Positions 39,036 to 53,083 of a stretch of 64,000 bases of DNA are shown piece by piece. This DNA is from Octopus vulgaris (Eukaryota). A program made the translations under genes and the position numbers. The stretch spans positions 25,420,001 to 25,484,000 of the forward strand of contig OX597835.1 in assembly GCA_951406725.2 (NCBI GenBank), written 5' to 3'. Every line of letters starts with the position of its first letter. The first letter of the stretch is position 1. Under the pieces are notes generated by a model. It searched no databases, was not told the origin of the DNA, and saw nothing but the letters and a program-made list of their open reading frames with translations.

Positions 39036-42000
39036 TATGGTATATAGGTATACACATGTTTTCAAACTTTATCTGTGGGGTGTGTGTGGGTGAGAGAGTA
39101 TGCTCTGTGTGTGTGTGTGTGTGTGTTTGAAAGAGACTGATTTATGTATGAGAGTGTATGTGTTTATGTTTGTAAGTGCATAAATATATACACTTATGTG
39201 GATTTGTATGTGTGTGTAGATATGCATGTGTGTGTGTATATATATACACACACACATTTTTATGCATATATCTGAGTGTATGAGAAAGAAGGAAGCATCT
39301 TAAACAGTTGTTTGTTCTCAGTGTATAACCAGTTATATATACATATTATATATACATATACATACATATATATATATATATATATAGGAAGACATACATA
39401 TTGCTATAACAATCTCGCTGCTTTACAGATATGTTGTGAGTTGTTAAATTCCTCTGACTTTGTTGTTGGTCACTCTCATTCCTCTCAAAGCAGTATTAGC
39501 CACAAGTTTCTATTTCTCCCAGTAGGAAGTCGACCATCCGAGTTGTTCCTGATCTGTCACCTCGACTGAGTTGGCTCATTCAACCAAGTGCTAACCACAA
39601 CACAGCTTATATTCAATGAGGACAGTGCTATTACTACTACTACTACTACTACTATTACTACTACTACTGCAAGGATCTTTAAAAAAATAAATAATAATTG
39701 GGGTTTTGTGTAAAGATAAAATTAATTTTGAAAAATATAGAAGAGAAAAGGGAAAGTGTTACATTGTGTATTTGTGTGTGTGTCTGTGTGTGTGTGTGTG
39801 TACTGCAATTATATGTATTGCACAGTAGTGAGAATGCTTGTTTGTTTTTGTGTGTGCAGAGGGGGAGGTCTGCTGAAGTCAGTTGATTACATTGTCGTCT
39901 TGAGACTTAATTACTGATCAGAAGAAAAAACATGGGCCGCAATAGAGGATGGAAAGAAAATAATACACCAGAAAAAAAAAACATATAATAAAAACCAAAT
40001 TGAAAGAAAGAAAAATATATATCCCAATACAAATAAAACAGAAAACCCAACAATCTCTTATCAAATAGTCTTCATGTATGAAGTGGAGAATCGAATGAAT
40101 TCTCCATTACGTCGCCTCTCAATATTTGCAATAATTTGAATCTTAAAATCTTTAAGAAAAAATAAATTACAAAGAAAAAAAAAAAAGCAAGCTTCGCTTA
40201 TTTGAAAATTTTGTTAATTTGGCAGCAATAAAATAGTTTTTTTTTTTTTTTTTTTTTTTTCAACTTAACATTAACAATCCCATTTACTAGTTCCTCGTTA
40301 ACAGGGAATACAATTGTACTTGTTGGTGAGGTTGGTTGGTCTACTCTCTTAGCTTTTCCAGGTCTGCATTTCTGCTCCCCCGTCTCTCTCTGTCTCTCTC
40401 CCTTTCTATACATACAATTCTAGTTAATATTTTTTGCTTCCTGGTCAGCTCTGTATGATAACAATTAATGAATGCATGCCCAAACGTGTGTGTTGTGCAT
40501 GTGTGAAGTAAAGGTCTGTTAAAATGGAATAAAACGTGTCAATGTTCTGTTTGCACCTTTGAAGGAAATATCTTCTGGCCTAAGACATATTCTAATTGCA
40601 ATTTGAGCTGTGTCATTTGAAATAAAGCAGACCTGAACAGAAAGTCTTTACCAAACCCCCAAATCACTAAAATTTTTCTTCAACCCTTCTTTCCATATGC
40701 CATTCCCGTCTTTTGTTTCTCTGTTATTGACCAACTCCAGCCTGGCCTGGCTTGGTCTTTGGTCCTCTCTGGTGGATTGAGTTCACTTGTAGATGGGCAG
40801 ATCTGACCTGGTTTGGTCTGTGCTCTACAGAGAAACTACACCTCTGATAATTCAAGGGCCTTGCAATAAGGTCTCTGATCTTTAGCTGTTCTTTATATGT
40901 CTTAAATATTCCTGACCAAAAAGAAGCCCTTCATTTGATTTCCTCTAAACAATATCTTTATAAGAAAGAAGTATTTAAACTGTTTGCTCCTATCCAAGTT
41001 ACAGTTTAAGTAGCTCTGGTACTGTTGGAGAGGAAGGAAATAAAAGTTTCTTTCTCTTTTCTTTTTACCTACCTCTCTTTCTCTCTTCATTTCTTTGATT
41101 CTTTCTACTTTTCTTTCTTTCAGCTGTTAGAAAATATTGTTTCCCTTACTATTTGTTTTCAATCAATTGTCCTGAGTGGCATGGTCAGTTTTGGGTTGCA
41201 ACCAGTAACTTTTTACCTGAACAAAAATGGTTTCTATTAATTTCAGGCAGTTACATAAGATTCCTAAATGAATGACCTTTACAACCACTTTAAGTAAGCC
41301 AAAAATTAGCGACCCCTCCAAAAAAAAAAACAACAAACACAAAACAGCATAAGAGAGAGAGAGGTGGGGGCAGGAGTTTTTCTCTGCAAAAATTTTAAAA
41401 TTCACCCCATCCCTCCCCAAATGTGTACCTATGTTTTCAATATTCAGTCCATCTTGCTGTCTCTGCTTCAATTCTTTTTAAATGATTTTCTAATAATAAT
41501 GACAACAATAATAATAATTATTATTATTTCCCTTCTTTCTTGCTCTCCTTTACTTCTCTCTTTCACACATGTTCTTTCAGCTCAAATATCCCTTCCTCTT
41601 CCCTTTATAACTAATTTTTTGGGCGGGGTGTTTTCTTTTAAAATTTTATTAGCTGCCCTTCCCGATACTATAGCAATCTTTTTTTTCTTTTTTTTTTTAA
41701 TATATTTAAAAAGAAAAAAAATATTGCAAAAAAATTGGATCAAAACCAAACCAGATTGTGCCATCTGATACACTCAATGTGTATTAGGGTGTCACTTTAT
41801 AGGAAGACCCTTGCTTTTTTTTTTTTTTTTAAAGTACTTTTTTAAAACAAAAATGTGCAACAGCTCTAAAATTAACCTTTTAACTTAACACCACGTGTTG
41901 TTGTTACTGTGAATATTATTGTTGTTGTTGGTGGTGATTCCACTACAAGGATATCAACCACTGTTGTTGGTGCTGATCAGCGGCATGCTACAGATAACCA

Positions 42001-44126
42001 TTTATCTACCACCTGCCTCACTAAATTACTTATCTACCTACCTACCTTACCTGCCAATCAACCAGCTGCCCACCCAACTCTAATCACACTGCTTGTTCCA
42101 GAATTCCGCTGTAAATCAAATACAGTCCAGATCAACCACAAATAAAATAATTTTTTTCCTAAGTCTCTTGCGTGACTGCCTTGATCTGACCCTTTGTTGC
42201 TTTGACTCGCATGCTTTTTAAGTTTTTTTTCTCTCTCTCTCACTCTTTAATCAGTATTTATGGCAGTCGGTAGAGCACCAAGCAAAAAACATCTTGTGGT
42301 ATCTGATTACCTCCCTTTATATTAAGTACGAATGCTGCCCAGGCCCACCTTGTCTTTCCAAGGTTAGTAAAATAAAAAAAAATTACTGGAGTTGATGTAA
42401 TCGGCTACGAACCAAAAGTCAGTGTGCCGTAGCTGCAGTCCAATGATCGTAAGCAGTGAAAGACTAAAGAATGAATAAATAAATTAAAATTTTAAAATTA
42501 CCTCATTACCATCACTGAACGACTCAATCTTAATGTGGTTAACAGTAAATATGAAACGATGAAAAAACAAAAAAAAAAAAAAACCCCAAAAAATTTCAAA
42601 ATCCAAAGAACGGAGTCTAATGAGTTTTGGCAGCACTCTTCAGAGGACGTTATGAGAATGCCTTGTATCCTGTTGAGGGTGGGGAGAGAAGAGGAGAAGT
42701 TGATATTCACAGTGCTGGATTATTTTTGAGAGGTGTACTGCTCAGGATTCCATGGAAGGAGGTAACCTCTATCTCTGTTTCTCTCTCTCTGTCTCAGTAT
42801 TATGAAGAGACCATATGATGATAAATAAATAAAATTTCAATTACAGTTGGAAGTCAGAAATGTTATGTTGCTGTGCTTTCTAATTCTGCATGAGGGTGTA
42901 AAAATGATGATTTTGTTTGCATATGTTTCGAAAGCAAAGAATTGTTATAGGTGCACGAGTAGATGTGTGGTAGGAAATTTGCTTCTCAACCACAAGAATC
43001 CAGGTTCATTCCCATTACATGGCACTTACTATAGCACTAGGCTGACCTATCCCTGTGAGTGGATTTGGTAGGCAAGAATTAAAAGAAACCCTTCGTGTAT
43101 GTATATATATATGTGTGTGTGTGGCTTATAAGCTAGCATATGTGTGTGTGTATATATACACATCATCATCGTTTAACATCCGTTTTCCGTGCTTGCACGG
43201 TTCGACCAGGGGCTGGGAAGCCAGGAGGCCGCTCCAGTCTGATCTGGCAGTGTTTCTGCAGCTGGATGCCCTTCCTAATGCCAACCACTCCGTGAGCGTA
43301 GTGGGTGTTTTTTTACGTGCCAGCGGAGTCTGGCAGCGACCACAATCGCTTGGTGCTTTTTACGTGCCACCGGTACAGAAGCCAGTCGAGGCAGTGCTGG
43401 CATTGGCCACGTTCAGATGGTGCTTTTTACATGCCACTGGCACAGGTATTAGAGGGAAACCACAATGTGGACACCCGTATGCTAGAAATAGATCCACTAT
43501 GGTCTTACCACTAAGAAATGTTCTGAAGAAAACAAAATATATATACACACATATGCTAGTTTAAAAGCCATACTCTGTGTGGACATTTAAGCTCCTGTGG
43601 CCCAAAACTAAAGAGAGCTAAGTAGTATGACTATATGCCCTTGGTGGTGTTTGGTCAGATGTTAAGGAAGGATGAGAATTTTGTAATGCAATCATTCTAT
43701 TGTTCCAGTCCCAAAGTTCTTATCCTGATATAAAATTAACAAAGCGATTGTCATTTATCTCCCCCCTTGATTTCTGACATCGATCTGATAAATGTCATCC
43801 ATGATTCAGCCTCAGCCAAGCTTTACCGGCTAGAAATAGCAACACAAATGCTTCTAAATCGGATGCCAATGTTGGATGTTGAAGAACCAAAGGAAGGGAT
43901 CATCTGGATTCCAAAAAGGTATACGTCTGTTTAGAGCAAATGTAGAGGGTCCCAGACAGACAGAATTTCATGTTTATTATTGCGTGTGTGTGTGTCTAAA
44001 ACTCTGCGACCAGAGTGTATTACGAATTGTCTGCAGCTGATATGTCCGTAAAAGAAGCGCACTCTGAAACATTAGAGCTGTAATATCTTTTTTTTAGGAG
44101 GTTGGTTGTTATGCCTGGTCAGAGAG

Positions 44127-44228
44127 TGACCATTGGTTTCACACCTATAAAGTGCTTATGTCTATAGGCGACTCGTCAGACTCTCGCCTATATGGCTAAG
44201 CTCTTCATAAGTGTGAAACCAATGGTCA
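44127..44228. repeat. 102-nt near-perfect inverted repeat (hairpin)
   Basis: TGACCATTGGTTTCACAC...TATAGGCGA, a short loop, then TCGCCTATA...GTGTGAAACCAATGGTCA. Confidence 0.85.
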
Positions 44229-45696
44229 TCTGTGCTTTTTGTATCAGATCTGTGCCTCAGAGGTTAACTTTCTAGATGCAATCCCATGGCCATTCATGAG
44301 CAAAGGGGGTCTTTATCTTGTAGCTTCAAAATTTTGATGGTGTGATGTTATATTTTAAGAATGATATTTAAGGGTAGGTGTAAGAGGATGAATGTGGCTA
44401 GTTTGAACATAAAATGGCTGAATATTTGGGCCAGATTTGGTCAGATTGAGTGCTAAAGGGTTCATTCCTCGGTTATCACACTTCCATTGAAATACACTGC
44501 TTTTCTCCCCCCCCCCAATTTATTTTGAAAACAATGAAGAATATCGTAAAGTAACTTCATCATTATTGAGCTGATATTTGGAACATAAATTAACACAAAG
44601 TTTCAAGATCTGGAAATCTGTACCATAAAAACAAAAAGTCTCAAATGGTTTCGAAAGAAAATAATTAAAGGAAATTCCAGCTACGACCATCCTGTCTTTT
44701 CAGCAAGTGTTCACATAACCACATTATCCAATATTTTCTTAATTTTATTTTGCTTTTAGACTGTGGTTCGAATGAGATTTAGCTTCTATTAAATGAGACT
44801 TTGTATGAAATTAGGCTGCTAACTCCACCAAGAAGAGCTGTGGTTTTCAGCTGTTTTTTTAACTATTGATTACTATTTTACTCTTGTGGGTCCCCCATAA
44901 TCATTTGATGTTTAAAAATTAGTTTTCTAGAAACTTCTTTCAAAATCCTTATTTTCTTTTTCACCCATTCACTTGTGTAGGTTTGCTCTTGCACTGTCTG
45001 AGGGAGCATGCTGCAGGGGTCAGAAACCTGTTGGACTTTGTTAAATGTTAGAGAAAGAAACCTAGCTCTTTCTTGCAATAAATACATCATCATCCATCAT
45101 TTAATGTCTGCTTCCCATGCTGGCATGAGTTAAAATGAACTGGTAAGCCAGAGGGCTGCACTAGGTTCCAATCTCATTTGGCATGGCATCTACAGCTGGA
45201 TGCCCTTCCTAATGCCAACATCTAAAGCAAATGTTTTCACGGACCCTTAAAATATTACTGAGAATCCCTAATTTTCTATTTTGCTTGCATGGACCCCAAA
45301 AAATCTGATGTGGACCTTGGTTGAGGACCACTGAGGTTGAGCAGCCATATAGAGGTTAGGTAGATTCCAAGTACCCTGACCTTAATTAACTTCATTTGGC
45401 CAATTCTATCACCTGGTTTCAATTCTTCAGTTTAGCTATTTCGTTTCATGTAAGCTTTGTGTTTTCCTCTTCAAAAGCATTCATAAACCATACAACTGTT
45501 CTAATTGTGACTGTAAATTCGGTGTTTCCTACACATGCTAGAAATACATATATTTTTTCTTTTTGCCTCTTACACCTACCCTACAATGTCATTCTAAAAA
45601 TAAACAATCATAGGGCTGACATCTTGAAGCTATAAGATAATACAGGATTAATTAAAAATCGATGTGAATAAACAAACATTTTATTAGACAGATTAA

Positions 45697-45906
45697 CCCT
45701 TTCGTTACTGTATTTATTTTGAGATGCTCTGTGTTTCTTTCAATTACTTTAAATATAACAAAGAATTTAGTAAAGTAACTTAGTTATCATTAAGCTAGTG
45801 TTAGGAACATAAGTTGTGACTAAGGTTTAGTGGAAGATTTTAATTCAAAACTTATGAAAGCAAGGCATTTGTACTCAGTGCCAGAGCCAGGTTGGTAACG
45901 AAAGGG
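45697..45906. mobile_element. piggyBac MITE nested in an older piggyBac-like MITE
   Basis: Perfect 12-bp TIR CCCTTTCGTTAC/GTAACGAAAGGG with TTAA on both sides (45693-45696 and 45907-45910). Confidence 0.85.
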
Positions 45907-48094
45907 TTAATCTGAATATTAAAGGATTAAATGTTGTAAATGTATTATCCTGAGATGTTACAGACAGTATCGGTGAACTACTCAGTATTCTAGTAGTCTT
46001 AGAGTTAGCCATTCCATTGTCAGTGCCAGTGGCTTTGCTTGCTACTCAAACAAAGAATTCCTACAAGGTTTGGAAGCAGCTCCATGATCTTTTATTTATT
46101 AAAAAAATTTTTTTTTCAGAAGCGACTGGTTGTTCAGAGTTATTCTACACAACCAAGATCCTCAAAGTAGCTGCTGTTAGCAGTTGCTTTCTGAATGTAT
46201 TTGGTAAGATTCAGGAGTTGGCTTGGTTGATATACCATATCGGAGTACAGTTTAGTAGGGGCATTGGTGTTCAATAAGAGACACGTTATGGGTCAGGTAT
46301 TCAAGCAACTTATATGAGGTGTATGCTTGGGAGATTGGCAAAAGTTCTTTGGATATTCTGGATCCTTGCCTGGCTACAGCAGAGCAACATTACTGGTTTA
46401 TTGGGATGTCCTTCGTCAGCAGGTCAAGAATCCATTTCCACAGCAAATACCTGAAGCTAATATTTTATCCCAACCAAGGCAGAATCGTTAGTACACCAAG
46501 CAAAACACTTAGCGACATTTTGTCTGTCTTTACGTTCCGAATTCAAATTCCGCCAAGGTCGACTTCGCCTTTCATCCTTTTGGTGTCGACAAAATAAATA
46601 CCAGTTGAGCCTTGGGGTTGAAGTTATTGACTCACCCCTCCTCCAAAATTGCTGGCCTTGTGCCAAAATTTGAAACAAATATTTATTCCTGCTCAAACAT
46701 GGATGTTCTATTAGAACAAGTTATACTTCGGTAGATGCCATAAGAGAAACTATCAAATTAGCTTTTGGTGTAAAGCGAATGCTTATATTGCTAGCAGGGG
46801 AGATAATCACTTATCATAGGCATGAGTACAGCTGTGGTTAAAACGCTCACTTCGCAAATGTGGTTTCAGGTTCATTGTCACTGCACAGCACCCTGGGCCA
46901 GTATTTTCTACGATACTCTTGTGTCAACTAATATCAACCATGTGAGTGAATTTGGTAGATGGAAACTCTGTGGAAGCCCATCATATATGTATGTGTTCAT
47001 CCCCCACAACCAGTGTTGGGTTTTTTATGTCCCCATAACTTAATGGTTTGGCAAAAGAAATCAAGAGAATTTAACTAGATTAAGGACCTAAAGTACTTGA
47101 CTTTTTTCATGAAAATGCTATTTAGTTGAAGCTGATATTGAAGCTCATCAAAGGAAAATGGCTGAATTAGTCCAGAGATTTAGGAAGATTTTTTTTTTAT
47201 CCATTGTTTGGTGACAGATTTCCCATTGAGGAACACCTGGTGTGGAACTTTGTTCTGGTGGTTTACTGGGATCGATGGCCTGTTGAGTTTTTGGATGAAA
47301 CCACTATCTTATGATTGTAGGTCCAACATCCTAACCACTAAGCCCCGTACCTTGATAAGCTTAAAATCTTGGAGATGAAATACAGGACCATCTGTTTTCC
47401 TAAAGTCAAATCATTAGAATGGAACTTGTGGCCAGAGTGATTGCAAAATTAACTGCAATATCCATGGAATGATATTGGATTGAAGGCAGTGGCTTCAAGA
47501 CCTGCTTCTAGATCTAGTAATCTTAGGGCTGATGAAGATGATTTCAGGGTTGTGGACTCCTCTCCATTGCCCACTACTGTTGTTTGGGATTTCAGACCAG
47601 CTCTGCTTTCAATCCCACTACTACTGGGCATTATGCCATCATACTGAAATTATGTCATGCGCCTTAATGACTGAATGTCAGAGCATTAAATGTTTGATTA
47701 TGGTAAACATGAAACTGTGTTGCTTCCAACCTCACCACACTATATTTTAGTGTGGCTCAATGGTTAGAACGTCAAGCTTACAATCACGAGGTAGTGAGTT
47801 CGATTCCCGGACTGGGCTGTGTGTTGTGTTCTCAACTGTAGAAATGAGTTGTGATGTCACTGGTGTCAAGCTGTATCAGCCCCTTTGCCTTTTCCTTGGA
47901 TAACATCGGTGGAGCAGAGAGGAGGCTGGTATGCATGGGCGACTGACTGCAGGTCTTTCATAAATCAACCTTGGCTGGACTTAGGCCTCAGAGGGTAACA
48001 CTCTAGATGCAATGCTATAGTCATACATGATCGAAGGGGGTCTTTATCCTTTACTTTAGTGTGCAAGTATAGCCTCAAACAAATGCTATATCAT

Positions 48095-48573
48095 ATCTGT
48101 AATGACATGCATAAGATCTGGTCATCAAATCTAAGTAGAGACTTCAAACTTGAAATCTTCAAAGCCACAGTTGAACCAATTCTACTATATGGCTCAGAAA
48201 CCTGGACGTTATCAAAGAAGCTTGAGAGGCGGTTGGATGGAACCTACACTCGCCTCCTTATGAGAGCTCAAAATCTCTCGTGGAAACGCCATCCAACCAA
48301 AATGCAAATATATGGGAAACTACCACCTGTGTCATCTCTTGTGAAAGGTAAGAGAGTCCAGTTTGCTGGACATTGTTGTATAGCTGAAAACGAGGCAATT
48401 TCTACTCTTCTCCTCTGGAAGCCATCTACTCGCAATATCCTACCCTGATGTAATCTCCAGGGATACAGGCATCCAGCAACAGGACCTCCGTAATGCCATC
48501 ATGGACCGTGAAGTCTGGCGTAGCATGGTAAATTCTATTGTCTCGACCACGGTCGAACAATGATGATGATGAT
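48095..48573 (+). mobile_element. 5'-truncated RTE-like LINE (ORF2 C-terminus and (GAT)n tail)
   Basis: KLEIFKATVEPILLYGSETWTLSKKLERRLDGTYTRLLMRA...FAGHC; ends AACAATGATGATGATGAT. Confidence 0.85.
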
Positions 48574-48934
48574 ATCATATTTGGTGTACTTGGTGCTTGG
48601 ATTAATGTACAGTAGAACCTTGGTTTTCGATCAACTCTGATCACGAATAAATCGTACTTTATCTCCTGTCTTTCTCATATTCATTTAATACAGTAGTACC
48701 TTGATTTATGGACTCCTCTGATCACAAATAAATCATGCTTTATATATATATCTATATCTCTATAACGCATGACTTATTCACAATCAGAGCTTCTTACCAC
48801 ACAGCCATGCCTGCACCTATATTTACAAAGCTAATCATTCTTTTGAAATACTTTAGAAATTAAGAAAATACATAAAAGTCTCTTCTGTATTGTTGCAGTT
48901 GTCATTGTTTACTTGTAGGTCAACTCTGATCAAC

Positions 48935-49330
48935 CCGTTTGTATGGGTGTGTGAATAGGGCTGATACACGACCACCCAAAAGACTGCTTTACAGTGAACC
49001 GATAAAAGGCAAGTGCACAAAAGTTGGACAGAAAAAGCATTTCAAAGCCTCACTGAAGTGCTTTCAGGTCAACTTCAGCACCTTGGAAAACACAAGCACA
49101 GGACTGCTCTGCCTGGCATAGTTGCACCAACAAGAGTGCTGCCTCTATATGAACAAAACAGAATCACAGAAGTACAAAGAAAACGTAAGCTGTGCAAGTC
49201 TGGAGCCAACTTCTTGCCTTCCTTTGCAGCAGACTACCAGTACCTGACTTATGGCAGAGCTTTCTGAATGTGTATCAGCCTAATTGGCCACAGCTAGCCA
49301 CACCAGGACCCACCTAATTCTCCCATGTGA
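48935..49330 (+). mobile_element. Degenerate RTE LINE ORF2 C-terminal fragment (second family)
   Basis: RPPKRLLYSE..GK...GQKKHFK motif. Confidence 0.6.
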
Positions 49331-50026
49331 TGTCCTTGGTTATTACTGACAATGACAGAAGAATAATATTATTATTATTATGAAGGCATGGAGGCGCAAT
49401 GGCCCAGTGGTTAGGGCAGCAGACTCGCAGTCGTAGGATCACGGTTTCAATCCCCAGACCGGGCATTGTGATTGTTTATTGAGCAAAAACAGCTAAAGCT
49501 CCATGAGGCTCCGGCAGGGGGTGGTGGTGAACCCTACTATACTCTTTCACCACAACTTTCTCTCACTCTTTCTTCGTTTCATTGTACCTGTATTTCAAAG
49601 GGCCAGCCTTGTCACACTGAATCTCCCTGAGAACTACGTTAAGGGTACACATGTCTGTGGAGTTTTCAGTCACTTTCACGTTAATAAATGAGCTGCGACA
49701 TCACTGGTGCTAAGCTGTATTAGCCTTTGTCTTTCCCATGGATAACATCGGCGGCATGGAGAGGGGAGGCTGGTCTTTTATAAAACAACCTTGCCCAGAC
49801 TTGTGCCTCGGAGGGTAACTTTCTAGGTGCAAGTCCATGGTCATTCATGACCGAACAGAATTGTTAGCACGTTGGACAAAATGCTTAATAGCATTTCATC
49901 CATCTTTACATTCTTTCCTACTTTAGGCAGCAATGCTTTATACAAGAATGTTGTTAGCAACTTTGAAGTCTCAATGAGCTAAGCCATTGTCAGACAGCCC
50001 GACAATAAATAAATGTATATATACAT

Positions 50027-50422
50027 AGGCGCAGGAGTGGCTGTGTGGTAAATAGCTTGCTAGCCAACCACATGGTTCCAGGTTCAGTCCCACTGTGTAG
50101 CATCTTGGGCAAGTGCCTTCTGCTATAGCCCCGGGCCAACCAATGCCTTGTGAGTGGATTTGGTAGACGGAAACTGAAAGAAGCCTGTCGTATATATGTA
50201 TATATATATATGTATGTGTTTGTGTGTCTGTGTTTGTCCCCCTAGCATTGCTTGACAACTGATGCTGGTGTGTTTACGTCCCCGTCACTTAGCGGTTTGG
50301 CAAAAGAGACCGATAGAATAAGTACTGGGCTTACAAAGAATAAGTCCCGGGGTTGATTTGCTCAACTAAAGGCGGTGCTCCAGCATGGCCGCAGTCAAAT
50401 GTCTGAAACAAGTAAAAGAGTA
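50027..50422 (+). mobile_element. tRNA-derived SINE (family A)
   Basis: Full-length match to family A. Confidence 0.8.
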
Positions 50423-50424
50423 AT

Positions 50425-50477
<53 letters not shown>

Positions 50478-51245
50478 TATATGCATAAATATAAGCATAC
50501 ATCATCATCATCATTTTAGGTTTGCTTTGCATGCTGGCAGATTAGATGGTTCTCAGGTATTTCTTATTGGCAGAACCTGTCCTCAGAAGCTGGTACCTGC
50601 TTTCTTATGGTCAGATGCCCTTCCAATCACCAACCCCTAACATATTGACAAAAGCATTAGGGAAACCATAACAGATGAAGCATCTGTTGGCTGTGGCTGA
50701 GTTGTAAGATGTTTGCTTTCCAACCACGTGATTCCAGGTTTAGTCCCACTGTGTGGTACCTTGGACAAGTGTCTTCTGCTATAGGCTCATGCCGAACAAA
50801 GCCTTTTGGGTGGATTTCGCAGATGGGAATCGAAAGGAGCCTGTCATATATGTAACTGCACGTGTGTTAGTCTCAGGCTATGTTTTACAGTGGGATTTGA
50901 ACTCAGAACATAAAGAACCAGAAGACATGCTGCTGAGCATTTTGTCCAATGCTCTAATGATTCTAATTGAGTTCCCCTCCTTAAGCCTTTACTGTTTGCA
51001 TTATTCTACCAAAATTAAGGTTTTTTTCATCCACATTGCCTTGTACTAATCAGGCATTATTGTAGGGTTGGTGTGAGAGACCAGATATGGCCATTTTGAA
51101 CATAAAACAGGGAGAATACTTATGGCCAGTTTAAATGCTAAAGGGTTAATTGACAATTAGTAAGAAAATAAAGAAGCAATTTTGATTTTTTATCCTTTTT
51201 CTTTCTAATCAAAAATAAAAAATCCAAAATATCATTTTGAGATAT

Positions 51246-51251
51246 TTTATT
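51246..51251 (-). promoter_or_regulatory. Candidate polyadenylation signal of DDX41
   Basis: AATAAA on the minus strand, about 110 nt past the stop codon. Confidence 0.45.
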
Positions 51252-51361
51252 TTATAATATTGAAAAGTGTGTAAGTTGTAATATGGGCAGGAGACACTTT
51301 TATCTCCACCAATCCCCACCGTACACGTATAACATACTCTCTCTCTCTTTCTCTTCAAGTT

Positions 51362-51498
51362 TTACCAATCGGCAGCGTTGTGTGCCAGATAGTCTCGGCG
51401 TCCAATATTTTGAGCTTGTTTGGTCTGAAGTGCTTCCAATTTCGGACAGTCTGCAATACGATGACCCAAACCACCGCAGTAGGAACAACCAATTTCTC
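51362..51498 (-). CDS. DDX41: DDX41 last exon ([22 protein letters not shown]...[12 protein letters not shown]), CCHC zinc knuckle
   Basis: DDX41/abstrakt C-terminal CxxCxxxGHxxxxC; ttgcAG acceptor; TAA stop. Confidence 0.95.
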
Positions 51499-52821
51499 CT
51501 GCAAATATAATTTTCATAAAGAAAAAAAAAAAGGAAAAATTTAAAACTTTATTAAAGATGCGAAAGGAAGGGGTCCACCCAAGTCGCCAAAAGTCATGCA
51601 AATGGGGAGCAGGAAAAATTTACGAAGGAGAGGAAAGTAGCAGTGAGGTTTGAATGTTGAAGAGCTATCTCAGTTTCTAGTTTGTTGTGCATGGCTGGTT
51701 AATTAATCAGGGGTATCTACAACCAATACAGCAAATTATAATATCAATGTTTGCGGAACTAGCATGTTAGCATTGAGAACAGGGCATGACCATCCATTAT
51801 TACAAGAAATTAAATAATTGGGTTAAACATTTTTTTCTACTCTAGGCACAAGGCCTGAAATTTTTTGGGGAAGGGGCCAGTCGATTAGATCAACCCCAGT
51901 ATGCAACTGGTACTTAATTTGAACTCAAAACATAAAGACAGTCGAAATACCTATTTCTTTACTACCCACAAGGGGCTAAACACAGAGAGGACAAACAAGG
52001 ACAGACAAACGGATTAAGTCGATTACATCGACCCCAGTGGGTAACTGGTACTTAATTTATCGACCCCCGAAAGGATGAAAGGCAAAGTCGACCATGGTGG
52101 AATTTGAACTCAGAATGTAAAGACTGATGAAATACTGCTAAGCATTTCGCCCGGCGTGCTAAAGATTCTGCCAGCTCGCTGCCTTAATGAGGTTAAATAT
52201 TGGCACAGGGCCAGTAATTTTAGAGCAACAAGAACAGGTATCTGATTACATGAAATCCAGTGCTCAAATGGGATTTGTTTAATCAATCCATTTGAACTTG
52301 CAGTGTGATGCATGCGCACACACAGTTCTTTGGTGGAAAAGTGACGGAACCATCTGATGTGCTCGATGGTTCTCAGGGCTCTGATATTGAAGCTGAGAAA
52401 TCCTCTTTGAAAGCTGAGTACGTAACTGGTACTGAATTTAATGAACATCTGGCCTTTATTGTTTGAGATGTAATGGTAAGGAAAGACACATCTCTTGTTT
52501 GTATAGATTAAGATACAATGAAAGGGGAGAGAGAGAGAGACCTAATCTCAATGACAAAGGAATGTACATATCTGGTGAAGGGAGATATTTAGCTGATCTT
52601 AAAGGCTCCAGTTGTATTGATCTTTAAGGCTCCAGATGTAAACACAAAGGAATACTTGCAACTTGCCTTACAATATAATGGCAAAGGAATAAACACCTAC
52701 ACCTAGTTTGCAAGGGAAGATATGTTTTTAGACCCAGTGGCTCCATTTGCCAATGAAGAGGAGGGATATATCTATCTCTGTGGAATCATATCTAATGACA
52801 AGGTGAAATCAAATCTGGTCT

Positions 52822-53083
52822 CATCATCATCATTGTTTGACCGTGGTCGAGACAATGGAATTTACTATGCTACGCCAGACTTCACGGTCCATCATAGCAT
52901 TATGGAGCTCCTGTTGCTGGATGCCTGTACCCCTGGAGATTACATCAGGGTAGGAGAGTGTACGCCCTCTGGTATCACGAGCAGATGGCTTCCAGAGAAG
53001 AGTAGAAATTACCTCGTTTTCAGCTCTACAACAATGTCCAGCAAACTGGACTCTTCTACCTTTCACAAGAGATGATACAGGTG
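52822..53083 (-). mobile_element. 5'-truncated RTE-like LINE, same family as 48095-48573
   Basis: RVQFAGHCCRAENEVISTLLWKPS...DREVWRSIV; (GAT)n tail. Confidence 0.8.

Noticed and set aside
38652-39130. Several 110-160 aa ORFs
   Set aside because: They are translations of a (TA)/(TATG) microsatellite.
42630-42780. Possible exon (cttcAG ... GAG|GTAACC) in intergenic DNA
   Set aside because: No recognisable peptide or partner exons; splice-like signals alone are insufficient.
47750-47825. tRNA-like sequence
   Set aside because: It continues into a SINE body present in several copies, so it is a SINE head rather than a tRNA gene.
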